Positions 39,883-48,575 of a stretch of DNA of 64,000 bases are shown here, in pieces (position 1 is the stretch's first letter; every line of letters starts with the position of its first letter). Position numbers and translations under genes: made by a program. Source of the stretch: Candidatus Neoclostridium roslinense (lineage in GTDB: Bacteria; Bacillota; Clostridia; Christensenellales; Pumilibacteraceae); assembly GCA_904379005.1 (NCBI GenBank), contig CAJFHH010000014.1:13556-77555 (forward strand). Reading direction: 5' to 3'. Below the pieces are notes generated by a model, which ran no database searches, was not told the DNA's origin, and was given only the letters and a program-made list of their open reading frames with translations.

Positions 39883-41553
39883 ATGAAGAACAAAGACAAA
39901 ATATTACTTACCGAAATGCAGCTTAAAATACTGACGCTCAAAGTGCTCGGTATAGGAATTATCGCGTATTTATTGATGATGGTCGTACATTTAAGCGGAT
40001 TGTACAGGCTGGACGCCGGCAGCTGGATATTGTTGTTCGGACTGACGGCGGCGGCAGCGGTGCAGTGGTCGGTTTTGGTGTGCCTGCTGTATTATACCGG
40101 CAGCTTAAACGGCAAGACGGCTTTCGGGACGGTGCTTAAAAAGGTGCTGGCGTTTATTCCGACGTACGCGGCGGTAATAGTCGTCATAGTGCTGTTCAGC
40201 GTGCCCGTCGAAAATTTCAACGTCCGCGCCGACAACTTCTTTATAGGACTGATGCTGTTTGCCTTGTGCTGCGTAGTCGCTTTTCTGATAATAGCCGGGA
40301 TAGAGCACTTGGCGCGCAAAAAAGGGTGGACGGTAAACTTTGACGCCCGGGCGTCGCACCTGCCGAAGGACGCCGAAAAGGACAAAAGCGAAGCGCAGAC
40401 CTCCGCCGTAACGGCTACCCATTCCCGCGAAAAGGGCGCAGCGGGCAAGTCGAAACAGCTTATTTTCCCCGATCTCGTGGCGGTGGACGAATATTTTGCC
40501 AAAAACCCGTATGTTCCCGCTGTCAGTTCGGACGTCAGCTTAAAAAAGCTGTGCGACGGCTTTAACGCCTTTCTCGAAAGCAATCATATGTACTACACGC
40601 CGGAAACCATTCGTTCGTTTATCGCGGGCATGGCGTGTTCGCACTTTATCATTCTGGAAGGACTGTCGGGCACGGGCAAGACCTCTCTTCCAAAACATTT
40701 CGCGCAGTACATCGGTTGCGACGTGTGTTTTACTTCGGTGCAGGCGTCGTGGCGCGACCGCAGCGACGTGTTGGGCTATTACAACGACTTTTCGGGCAAC
40801 TTTAAGGAGACGCCTTTTCTGCGTGCGCTTTATACCGCGTCTTATAAGACCGATACGATAAATCTCATGGTGCTGGACGAAATGAATTTAGCGCGCGTCG
40901 AATATTATTTCGCAGATTTTCTGTCCGTGCTGGAACTGGATACGTCCAAATGGAATATAGAGCTCATGCCGTCCTCGACGCAGGGCAAGCTTCCCAAGGC
41001 GTTTACAAACGGATGCTCGGTGGTTATTCCCTTAAACACGTGGTTTATAGGCACGGCCAACAAGGACGATTCGACGTTTACCATCACCGACAAAGTGTAC
41101 GACCGCGCGGCGGTGATTGATTTTTCCAGCCGCAACTCTCAGTCGGGACTTGCCGTCTCCGCCCGACCCGTTCACGTCGGCTTGAAAAAGCTAACGCAGC
41201 TGTTTGACGAGGCGACGTCTTCCGGCGATTTCGGCTTAAGCAAGGAAGAATTCGAGCGTTTCAACAAGCTGAGTGACTTCATGCTGGACAGATTCGACAT
41301 CAACTTCGGCAACAGAATTTACAATCAGATAATGAAATTCGTGCCCGTGTACGTGGCGTGCGGCGGTACGGCGGCAAAGGCGCTGGACATAATGTTCTCG
41401 CGCAAGATACTGCGCAAAATGGAAGGCCGCTTCGACGACGGACTAAAAACCGATATAACCGCTCTTGAAACGCTGATAAACGAACTGTACGGAAAGGAGA
41501 CCTTTTCGCTTACTCTGGACGCGGTAAATAAACTAAAGAGGAAACTCATCTGA
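39883..41553 (+). CDS. Membrane-anchored McrB-family AAA+ GTPase (about four N-terminal TM helices in place of a DNA-reader domain)
   Basis: Hydrophobic helices span roughly aa 18-40, 47-70, 85-106 and 118-140. Walker A is EGLSGTGKTS (nt 40660). SWRDRSDVLGYYN matches the McrB hxSYsYEDF position. Walker B/McrB signature is LMVLDEMNLARVEYYFADFLSVLE (nt 40864). WFIGTANKDDSTF aligns with McrB IIGTMNTADRS and carries an NKxD-like guanine motif (nt 41059). DRAAVIDF aligns with RRF.F. RBS AAAGGAG. Confidence 0.7.
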   Translation: MKNKDKILLTEMQLKILTLKVLGIGIIAYLLMMVVHLSGLYRLDAGSWILLFGLTAAAAVQWSVLVCLLYYTGSLNGKTAFGTVLKKVLAFIPTYAAVIVVIVLFSVPVENFNVRADNFFIGLMLFALCCVVAFLIIAGIEHLARKKGWTVNFDARASHLPKDAEKDKSEAQTSAVTATHSREKGAAGKSKQLIFPDLVAVDEYFAKNPYVPAVSSDVSLKKLCDGFNAFLESNHMYYTPETIRSFIAGMACSHFIILEGLSGTGKTSLPKHFAQYIGCDVCFTSVQASWRDRSDVLGYYNDFSGNFKETPFLRALYTASYKTDTINLMVLDEMNLARVEYYFADFLSVLELDTSKWNIELMPSSTQGKLPKAFTNGCSVVIPLNTWFIGTANKDDSTFTITDKVYDRAAVIDFSSRNSQSGLAVSARPVHVGLKKLTQLFDEATSSGDFGLSKEEFERFNKLSDFMLDRFDINFGNRIYNQIMKFVPVYVACGGTAAKALDIMFSRKILRKMEGRFDDGLKTDITALETLINELYGKETFSLTLDAVNKLKRKLI

Positions 41554-42863
41554 TGTCTTTGTCGGCGCTTAAACAATTTTACGCACAACTGAGCGGTGAC
41601 GTAAACGTTGCCGCAATATGCAAAAAAGCCGCAAAAGGGCAGTTCGACTTTTATTTTCCCGCGCCCGCCAGCCGCAGCGACGACGATATACTGGACGCGA
41701 TAAATTCGGCCATGGGAAATATAATAAACGTCGTCACAACCCCCTATATAGTCTTAAAAACGCAGCTGGATACGCGGCGTGCCGAAAATGTCGGAGCGCT
41801 CACGTCCGAGGGTATGCGTAAAACAATAGCCGACTCCCGCGTCTGGAAAAACGACGAGCAGGGCCCCCGTCCCGAATACGCCTATGCCCGTTCGGCGGAG
41901 GACGAGTACGACACATACGAAAATAAACTGGTCAAGACGCTTATCGACAGACTTAACGACTTTATAGGGCGTCCGCTGGAAGAAACGCGCGGCGGTATCA
42001 AAAGCATGTACGACGTCATGAACAGCCGCCGCAGCTTAAATAAATTCGACATGGTGCGGCTTACCGATTTTAAGGCGCTTGCCGAGTGCGACACCGAATG
42101 TTTTTCGCAGTACAAAAAGCTTTTTTATCTGCGCGCAAAGCTAAGACAGCTAAAAAGCAGCGCGTTTTACAAGATAATGTCGCGGCTGGCCCCTTTTACG
42201 GACGCGGTGCCGCAGCCCACCAATCTGCTGGTGCACAACGCCGATTACAACGCCTGTATGAAACTGTGGCTTCTTATAAGCGACGCCCGCAAGAAACAAG
42301 ACGAACTTACCCGCGAACAAACAAAAGCCGCCTACGCGTCGTTTGTGTTTTTGTATGCGGCATACACGCTGTCGCAGTCGGGATACGAAATAACAGGCGG
42401 TCGGCTGCATCCGGACGGCGATGCCGTTTGCGGCGACGCGGTGGCGCAGGGCAAGTGGCTGACGGTAACAATGCGCTGCGACGCGGAAAGCATTGCGTTC
42501 GACGTCAAATCAAACGTCTCCCCTGTATGCCGTAGCACGCGGGCGGGACTTGTGACTTCCGAGGGCGGCGGCAAAGAATGCGATTATTTTATAAGTATGT
42601 TGCCCACCGTCTGCACCGATAAGACCATATACGCCTTTCCCGACAGCAGATGGTCTCTTAACGACTTGCAGACGCTCGTCGGCTGCCTTGTCATGGTGGT
42701 AGACGTGGCGGAAGACGTGTACGAAAAGCTGTGCGTAGTGTGCGGCGACAACGCCGTTACGCAGAATGAAGGCGTGTTTTGCTGCGGCTCATGCGGAGCG
42801 CAATACGTATTTTTGGCTCCTAACGTTTTGTGGATATGCCGGTTTGCTCCCGAAAAAGAGTAA
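41553..42863 (+). CDS. McrC/DUF2357-like partner protein with degenerate PD-(D/E)xK candidate motif and C-terminal zinc ribbon
   Basis: The start overlaps the upstream stop (TGATG) behind AAGAGGAAA. DTYENKLVKTLIDRL resembles McrC NEDTLANRIIKSTL and the DUF2357 T.EN+..K motif. The order DYNACMKLWLLI, then YASFVFLYAAY, then HPDGD...CDAESIAFDVK parallels the McrC core (..ETD..ILIVDAKYY). The C-terminus reads CVVCGDN..CCGSCGAQY. Confidence 0.5.
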   Translation: MSLSALKQFYAQLSGDVNVAAICKKAAKGQFDFYFPAPASRSDDDILDAINSAMGNIINVVTTPYIVLKTQLDTRRAENVGALTSEGMRKTIADSRVWKNDEQGPRPEYAYARSAEDEYDTYENKLVKTLIDRLNDFIGRPLEETRGGIKSMYDVMNSRRSLNKFDMVRLTDFKALAECDTECFSQYKKLFYLRAKLRQLKSSAFYKIMSRLAPFTDAVPQPTNLLVHNADYNACMKLWLLISDARKKQDELTREQTKAAYASFVFLYAAYTLSQSGYEITGGRLHPDGDAVCGDAVAQGKWLTVTMRCDAESIAFDVKSNVSPVCRSTRAGLVTSEGGGKECDYFISMLPTVCTDKTIYAFPDSRWSLNDLQTLVGCLVMVVDVAEDVYEKLCVVCGDNAVTQNEGVFCCGSCGAQYVFLAPNVLWICRFAPEKE

Positions 42864-42871
42864 TAATAAAA

Positions 42872-42900
42872 ACGCGGACAAGTTTGATTCCGCGTTTTTT
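42872..42900. terminator. Bidirectional terminator between the McrC-like gene and ktrA
   Basis: AAAAACGCGGA caagtttgat TCCGCGTTTTTT. Confidence 0.65.
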
Positions 42901-42977
42901 AATTAACCGATTAGATTTCGAGTTTATTTATACTGATTTATAAAATTTTATTTAATTTACAGCAGCGGTTCGCGCCT

Positions 42978-43661
42978 TTATGCGTCTTCGCGCTTGGACC
43001 ACACCAGCAGATTGTTAAGGCCTTTTTTCTCGCCCGAAACAAACAGGATATCGCCCTTTTTGAACTGGTAGTTGGGGTCCACCGTCTGCATGACTGTGCT
43101 GTTGTTTTCGATGGCGATAATATTGATGCCGAAGTGTTTGCGCAGGTTGGTTTCCAGCACGGTTTTTCCCACCAATCTGTCGGGAATTATCAGTTTGGAA
43201 ATGTTGACGCGTTTGCTAAGCTGAATAAAGTCCAGCGACTTCGACGTTTCCAGGCGATGGGCAAGGCGTATTGCCATATCGCGTTCGGGATAGACCACTT
43301 CCGCGCCCAGTTTTTCCAGAATTTCGCCGTGTTCGGCGCTGGTGGCTTTGGCGATGACGGTGGGGATATGCATGGACACGAGATTGAGAGTGGTGAGTAT
43401 GGAAGTGTCCATCTGCTCGCCGATGCAGACGACCGCGACGTCGCACGACTGAATACCCGTTTCAAGCAGCGTGGATTTGTCGAGGTTGCGCACAACGAAG
43501 GCGTTTTCGGTGTATTCTCTTAAGCGCGAGATTTTCTCTTCGTCGCGGTCCAGCACAAGTAAGTCTGCTCCCGCCGCAGCCAGTTCGAGCGCCAGCGCAA
43601 AGCCGAAGCGGCCCAGTCCGACAATGCCGTAAGAATCGGCTTGTTTGTTTTTTCCGTTCAT
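42978..43661 (-). CDS. ktrA: K+ uptake system peripheral subunit KtrA/TrkA (RCK domain)
   Basis: Rossmann motif IVGLGRFGFALA, followed by RCK_N and RCK_C. 227 aa. Confidence 0.88.
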   Translation of the reverse strand: MNGKNKQADSYGIVGLGRFGFALALELAAAGADLLVLDRDEEKISRLREYTENAFVVRNLDKSTLLETGIQSCDVAVVCIGEQMDTSILTTLNLVSMHIPTVIAKATSAEHGEILEKLGAEVVYPERDMAIRLAHRLETSKSLDFIQLSKRVNISKLIIPDRLVGKTVLETNLRKHFGINIIAIENNSTVMQTVDPNYQFKKGDILFVSGEKKGLNNLLVWSKREDA

Positions 43662-43676
43662 AGTAAATCTCCTTGA

Positions 43677-44975
43677 TCAACCTATAGAAATATTGCCCGT
43701 GGGATAGAACACTCTGTCGCCGCGTGAAAAATGCCACAGAGTCGCGATGGTCATCGGTCCGAGCCTTCCGATGTACATGATAAAAATAGACAAAAGTTTA
43801 CTGCCAAGGCTAAGCGTCGGCGTTATGCCGGTGGAAAGTCCCACCGTTCCGAAGGCGCTTACCACTTCAAACAACGCGTCCACCAGCCTTAAATACGGGT
43901 CCATTATTATCATAAGGTAGGTGCCGGTAATGACGACGCCCAGCGCAATAAGCGTTATTACGGCGGCTTTTTTAAATGCGTCGCGGGGCATGGAATAGCG
44001 GAATGCCTTTTCGGCGCGGTTTGTAGCGGACGCCTTTATGCCTTGCAGCAGCGTAAAAAAGGTGGTGGTCTTGATGCCGCCGCCGGTGGATCCCGGTGAC
44101 GCGCCTATAAACATGAGTATGGTTATCGTAAAGAGACCGGCGTTTGTAAACTGCCCCAGCGGAAAAGTAGAAAAGCCCGCGGTACGCGCCGATACGCTGA
44201 AAAAGAAAGCGCCCAGCCAAGTGATATCTTCCGTCGCTTTTATGAGCAGCGTTCCCGACAGCAGCAGCGCCGCCGTCGTGAGCAACACCACTTTGGTGTG
44301 CATCGAAAACTTTTTCCAGCGGAAGCGAGTCGAAAACATTTCGCGTATTACCAAAAAGCCTATACCGCCGAAGATGATAAGCGCGCAGGTGACGAGGTTG
44401 AGCAGTATGTCGTTTTGATAGGGAATGAGATTTTGGTAGTTGCCTAGAATATCGAATCCGGAATTGTTGAACGCCGCCACCGAGTGGAAAAGGCTGATAA
44501 ACATTGCCTCGCCCACGGAATAGTCCCGGACAAAGACGATAAAGCTTAGCGCCGCGCCCGTAAGTTCGAAGGCGAGAGTGGTGAGAAAGACGCTGCGTAT
44601 AAAGCGCACCATATCTTTTGCCGAATCGAGGTTCATGCCCTCTTTTACCACCGTAAGTCCGCGGAACGTGATTTTTTTGCCGACGGCGAGTATAATGCCC
44701 GTGCCCACCGCGGTGACACCCAGACCGCCCAGCTGAATGAGCAGCATTACCACGACTTGTCCCACGCGCGTAAAGGTGTCGCCTACGTCCACGGCGATAA
44801 GACCGGTGACGCACACCGCGCTCGTAGAGGTGTACAGCGCGTCTATATAGTCGAGATGAACGCCTTCCTTTATGCTGAAAGGCATCATAAGCAGTAACGA
44901 CCCTATGAGTATCAGCGCGGCAAAACCCAGCGCTATTATTCGCGCCGGAGTGAGTATTTTAGATAATTTAGACAT
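43677..44975 (-). CDS. ktrB: K+ transporter membrane subunit KtrB/TrkH
   Basis: Polytopic TrkH-family protein with repeated selectivity-filter-like segments (TSAVCVTGL, AFNNSGF, ARTAGF, ASPGSTGGGIKT). Confidence 0.88.
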   Translation of the reverse strand: MSKLSKILTPARIIALGFAALILIGSLLLMMPFSIKEGVHLDYIDALYTSTSAVCVTGLIAVDVGDTFTRVGQVVVMLLIQLGGLGVTAVGTGIILAVGKKITFRGLTVVKEGMNLDSAKDMVRFIRSVFLTTLAFELTGAALSFIVFVRDYSVGEAMFISLFHSVAAFNNSGFDILGNYQNLIPYQNDILLNLVTCALIIFGGIGFLVIREMFSTRFRWKKFSMHTKVVLLTTAALLLSGTLLIKATEDITWLGAFFFSVSARTAGFSTFPLGQFTNAGLFTITILMFIGASPGSTGGGIKTTTFFTLLQGIKASATNRAEKAFRYSMPRDAFKKAAVITLIALGVVITGTYLMIIMDPYLRLVDALFEVVSAFGTVGLSTGITPTLSLGSKLLSIFIMYIGRLGPMTIATLWHFSRGDRVFYPTGNISIG

Positions 44976-45005
44976 TTCGAAAAAAATATCTCCGGAAAGT
45001 AAAAA

Positions 45006-45341
45006 TCAAAACTTAATGCATTTTTCGATATCCATTACGAATACCACCGAGCCGCCGGTATGTACTTTTATGGGATAGGCCGACAAGCCCGCTTCCGACG
45101 TGTTGGCTACAATCGTCGTCTGCACGCGTTCGCCGGCGTGGGCTTTTATGACGGCAAGCGCCGTTTCCAGTTTTTCCGCCTCCACGCCTATCATTAAAGT
45201 TATGCTTTTTTTGCGCAGAAAGCCGCCCGTGGAAGACAAAATGGTGGCGTAAATACCTTCGTTGTTTAAATGTTGCACCGTATTGGAGTAATCATCGCCC
45301 GAAATAACAGCCAAAATCATCTTATTGCATGATTGTTCCAT
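45006..45341 (-). CDS. darA: PII-like cyclic-di-AMP receptor (DarA/PstA, formerly YaaQ, DUF970)
   Basis: About 111 aa. MILAVISGDD..TILSSTGGFLRKKSITLMIGVE...GGSVVFVMDIEKCIKF parallels B. subtilis DarA (TGGFL..GNTTFMIGVE...GGATVFVLPV). ATG 45341 sits behind AAGGAG. The 5' part of the track ORF is not coding. Confidence 0.75.
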   Translation of the reverse strand: MEQSCNKMILAVISGDDYSNTVQHLNNEGIYATILSSTGGFLRKKSITLMIGVEAEKLETALAVIKAHAGERVQTTIVANTSEAGLSAYPIKVHTGGSVVFVMDIEKCIKF

Positions 45342-45395
45342 ACTTATTATTCTCCTTGATAAATAAATTGGCAAAAGTTCCATTCTGCTATGAGC

Positions 45396-45424
45396 ATTAT
45401 AGCAAGCATATTGCAAAATGTCAA
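45396..45424 (-). promoter_or_regulatory. Consensus sigma-A promoter for the darA-ktrB-ktrA operon
   Basis: On the minus strand: TTGACA (45424-45419), 17-nt spacer, TATAAT (45401-45396). Confidence 0.55.
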
Positions 45425-45497
45425 ACGAAATGCGGCATATAGCAAATTTACACAAATAAGAATTATGTCGATTTTTCGTAAAGAATATGTAAAACGG

Positions 45498-45526
45498 TTG
45501 ACGTGCTCCGGTTATTTTGGTATAAT
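45498..45526 (+). promoter_or_regulatory. Sigma-A type promoter for the Na/Pi cotransporter gene
   Basis: TTGACG (45498-45503), 17-nt spacer, TATAAT (45521-45526). Confidence 0.55.
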
Positions 45527-45554
45527 TACAGCCGTAAATACATAAGGAGTTTTT

Positions 45555-47177
45555 ATGACTACTCAACAAATCATTATGTTTCTTGTCATGCTGTTGTCCG
45601 GGACGGGCGTGTTTCTGGTGGGCGTACATCTTCTTACCTCAAACATCGAACAGCTTGCGACGGACAGGATAAAGAAACTGTTTGGAAAGACCGCCGACAA
45701 ACGCCTCGTCAACGTGGGCATAGGAGCGGCAACCACGGCCATAATACAGAGTTCGGGCGTCACTACCGTGCTCATAGTAGGCTTTGTAAACGTCGGCATT
45801 ATGTCGCTCTCCCAGGCAACCGCCATGATAATGGGCGCCAATATAGGCACGACGATCACGGCGCAGATTGCGGCGCTAAGCGCTTTTCCTTTTACTACAT
45901 ACATTCAGATACTGGTTTTTGTGGGCATATTCATGTCCATGCTCACCAAAAGCGACAAGCTGAAAAAGGTGGGGATGCTGGTAGCGGGTCTGGGGTTGGT
46001 TTTTATAGGCTTGTCCATGATGTCCGATTCGATGGAAAGCTTTAAGACGAGTATTCAAAAGATTTTCGAGGCGGTGGAAAACCCGTTTTTGCTGTTTTTC
46101 CTGGGCATAGTGCTGACGGCGATAGTGCAGTCCAGCAGCGCCACGACGTCCATAATAATAGCCATGTCGGTGGCGGGCCTGCAGATAGGAACGGGCGGCA
46201 ACGAAGTTTTGTATTTCATACTGGGCACCAACATAGGTTCGTGCGTTACGGCGATAATGTCCTCTTTCGGGGCGGGCGCCAACGCAAAGCGCGCCAGCCT
46301 TATACACCTTATGTTCAACGTGTTCGGCTCCATAATATTTTTTATTATATTCCTGTGTTTCCCGTCGTTTATGGATATGACGTTCAAGCGCTGGTTCAGC
46401 CAGTCGGCGACGCAGATAGCCATGTTCCACACCTTCTTCAACGTGGTGTGCACGATAATTTTCCTGCCGTTTTCGGAAGTGTTCGTCAAACTGTCCAAAA
46501 TCATAATAAAAGACAAGAAAAAGCCAAAAGAGCAGTCCTATCTTGACGAACGTATGATTTCGTCGCCGTCTATCGCGTTGGAACAAATAGGCAAGGAGAT
46601 GTTTCTGATAGCGGACCTTGCCATGGACACTTTCCGCGACGCATACAACGCGTTCGAAAAGCGGGATATGAGCAGCGCCGACGCCATACGCGGCCAAATC
46701 GATAAAATTTCCGATAAAATACAAAACATTGTCAGTTACATGATAAAAGTGTCGGCAAACTGTTCGGAAGAGGAAGAAAAAAAGATAACCACCTATCAAA
46801 ACTGCATGGGCGACATCGAACGTATTTCCGATATAGCGGATAATTTTATAAAGTATACGCGGCATGAGGTGGAAAAAAACATGGAGTTTTCCGACGGCGT
46901 CATGGACGGCGTCAATCTCATGGTCAACCGCATTTACGAATTGTACGACATCACAAAGCAGGCCGTTACCGAAAACGACAAGGACAAGCTGGCGCACGTC
47001 GACGAAGTGGAAGACATGATAGACGGCGACAGAAAACGTCTTGTAAACGCGCATATAGAGCGGCTTAACAAAGGTCAGTGCAAGGCGGAGAGCAGCGGCA
47101 TTTTCATCAATCTCATCTCCAATATCGAAAGAATAGGCGACCATATCACATATATCGCCCATTCTATTGAGGCGTAA
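45555..47177 (+). CDS. Na+/phosphate cotransporter family protein (NptA-like) with C-terminal PhoU-like domain
   Basis: Duplicated QSS motifs (IIQSSGVTTVL, IVQSSSATTSI) and a C-terminal PhoU-type helical repeat (ISDIADNF.., IERIGDHITYIA). Confidence 0.85.
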   Translation: MTTQQIIMFLVMLLSGTGVFLVGVHLLTSNIEQLATDRIKKLFGKTADKRLVNVGIGAATTAIIQSSGVTTVLIVGFVNVGIMSLSQATAMIMGANIGTTITAQIAALSAFPFTTYIQILVFVGIFMSMLTKSDKLKKVGMLVAGLGLVFIGLSMMSDSMESFKTSIQKIFEAVENPFLLFFLGIVLTAIVQSSSATTSIIIAMSVAGLQIGTGGNEVLYFILGTNIGSCVTAIMSSFGAGANAKRASLIHLMFNVFGSIIFFIIFLCFPSFMDMTFKRWFSQSATQIAMFHTFFNVVCTIIFLPFSEVFVKLSKIIIKDKKKPKEQSYLDERMISSPSIALEQIGKEMFLIADLAMDTFRDAYNAFEKRDMSSADAIRGQIDKISDKIQNIVSYMIKVSANCSEEEEKKITTYQNCMGDIERISDIADNFIKYTRHEVEKNMEFSDGVMDGVNLMVNRIYELYDITKQAVTENDKDKLAHVDEVEDMIDGDRKRLVNAHIERLNKGQCKAESSGIFINLISNIERIGDHITYIAHSIEA

Positions 47178-47252
47178 AACAGTCGCCAAAGACCGCGTCT
47201 GAAGTGTTTGCCGTCGCTATTAAGCGCACGACTACGAAAAAGAATAAGAAAA

Positions 47253-47282
47253 AGCCGTTTGCGATATGCAAACGGCTTTTTG
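47253..47282. terminator. Bidirectional terminator between nptA-like and the oxidoreductase gene
   Basis: AGCCGTTTGC gatat GCAAACGGCT is a perfect 10-bp stem flanked by A- and T-runs. Confidence 0.75.
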
Positions 47283-47292
47283 TTTCTTTCGG

Positions 47293-48477
47293 TTAAATTT
47301 CGGGAATTTTTATTTTTATTTCCTTTCCCATTTCCGCCGATTCCGCTATGCCCGACAATATTGCCTGGTTGTACAAAATCTGGCCGGAGGGGACGGGGGA
47401 GGGGCCGCCGGTTTTTACGGCGTCGAGGAAGGAACGAATTTTTTTATCGAACAGAGAGACCTTTTCGTCGGGAGCTATTATGGGGATGACGGTTTCCACC
47501 TGCTCGCCGCAAACCTCGTGATAAAGTTTCATGGGACCGCCGACGCTGCCGTTCCAACAGTCGGTGGAGGGGATGCGCAGGCCGCCTTTCGTGCCCAGGA
47601 TAATGGTGTCGCCGGGGGTGTCTATATTCATCGCCCACGCAATGCGGAAGTCGAGAACGACGCCGCCTTCCATACGAATAAACGCCGCGGCAAAGTCGTC
47701 TACGCCGAATTTTTGCGCATATTCGGGGTGGCAGGTCTTGACATAATTGCAGTAGTTCGGGTCGGTGCCGAAGTATGCCGATTTATAACCCGTCACGGTT
47801 AGCGGTTTGGGATAGCCTATGGCGTTTAGCACCATGTCGATGGAGTAGCAGCCTATGTCCGCCAGCGCGCCCAGTCCCGCCGTCTTGTCTTCGATGAAGG
47901 TGGTGCCGCGGGAAGTGGGAATGCCGCGCCGTCTGCCGCCGCCCGTCTGAATATAATAGACTTTGCCCAAAGCGCCGCTTTCGACGATTTTTTTGATCAT
48001 CTTCATGTTCGCGTCAAAGCGGGGCTGAAAACCTATCGACAAAACTTTTCCGCTCTTTTTTTCGGCGCGAATTATGTCCGCCGCCTCTTCCAGTGTGACG
48101 CACATGGGTTTTTCCAGCAAAACGTGTATGCCGGCGTTTAACGCGTCGATAGTGCACACAGCGTGCGTGCGGTTGTAGGTGCAAACGCTCACCGCGTCCA
48201 GCCTGAGAGACTTGTCCGCCAGCATTTCCGCATGGTCTTTGTAGTCGGTTTTGGCGTTTTTTACGCCGTATTTTTCAAAAAAGGTCTTGGCTTTTCCCGG
48301 AATAAGGTCGGCGCCCGCCACTATTTCGACGTCGGGCTGACGCAGATAGCTTTGCAAGTGCGCTTCGGCAATTCCGCCCGTGCCGATAATGCCTATGCGC
48401 AGCTTTTTGCCGGCGTCGGCTTTCCCTTCGCTTGTACCTGAATTTTTGTAAGCGTCCGAAAGCGATTGTTCTTCCAT
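47293..48477 (-). CDS. Gfo/Idh/MocA family NAD(P)-dependent oxidoreductase
   Basis: Rossmann motif RIGIIGTGGIAEAH and the EKP motif (LLEKPM). 394 aa. RBS GGAGGA. Confidence 0.85.
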   Translation of the reverse strand: MEEQSLSDAYKNSGTSEGKADAGKKLRIGIIGTGGIAEAHLQSYLRQPDVEIVAGADLIPGKAKTFFEKYGVKNAKTDYKDHAEMLADKSLRLDAVSVCTYNRTHAVCTIDALNAGIHVLLEKPMCVTLEEAADIIRAEKKSGKVLSIGFQPRFDANMKMIKKIVESGALGKVYYIQTGGGRRRGIPTSRGTTFIEDKTAGLGALADIGCYSIDMVLNAIGYPKPLTVTGYKSAYFGTDPNYCNYVKTCHPEYAQKFGVDDFAAAFIRMEGGVVLDFRIAWAMNIDTPGDTIILGTKGGLRIPSTDCWNGSVGGPMKLYHEVCGEQVETVIPIIAPDEKVSLFDKKIRSFLDAVKTGGPSPVPSGQILYNQAILSGIAESAEMGKEIKIKIPEI

Positions 48478-48575
48478 ATCAAGTCCTCCGATTTATTAAG
48501 CTTAAATTACATATATGATATCATCGATTTTTGACGATTTCTTTTCAATAATCGAGTATTTGTTCCCAGATATTG

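Noticed and set aside
38407-42977. A complete integrative element (integrase plus att repeats) at tRNA-Thr, and likewise downstream of ssrA (52355-53800).
   Set aside because: No tyrosine or serine recombinase-like ORF is present. I could not find a direct repeat of the tRNA or tmRNA 3' end by eye; the best match is the 7-nt CAGCTCC at about 38485. The tRNA-Thr region is therefore reported only as a possible degraded insertion.
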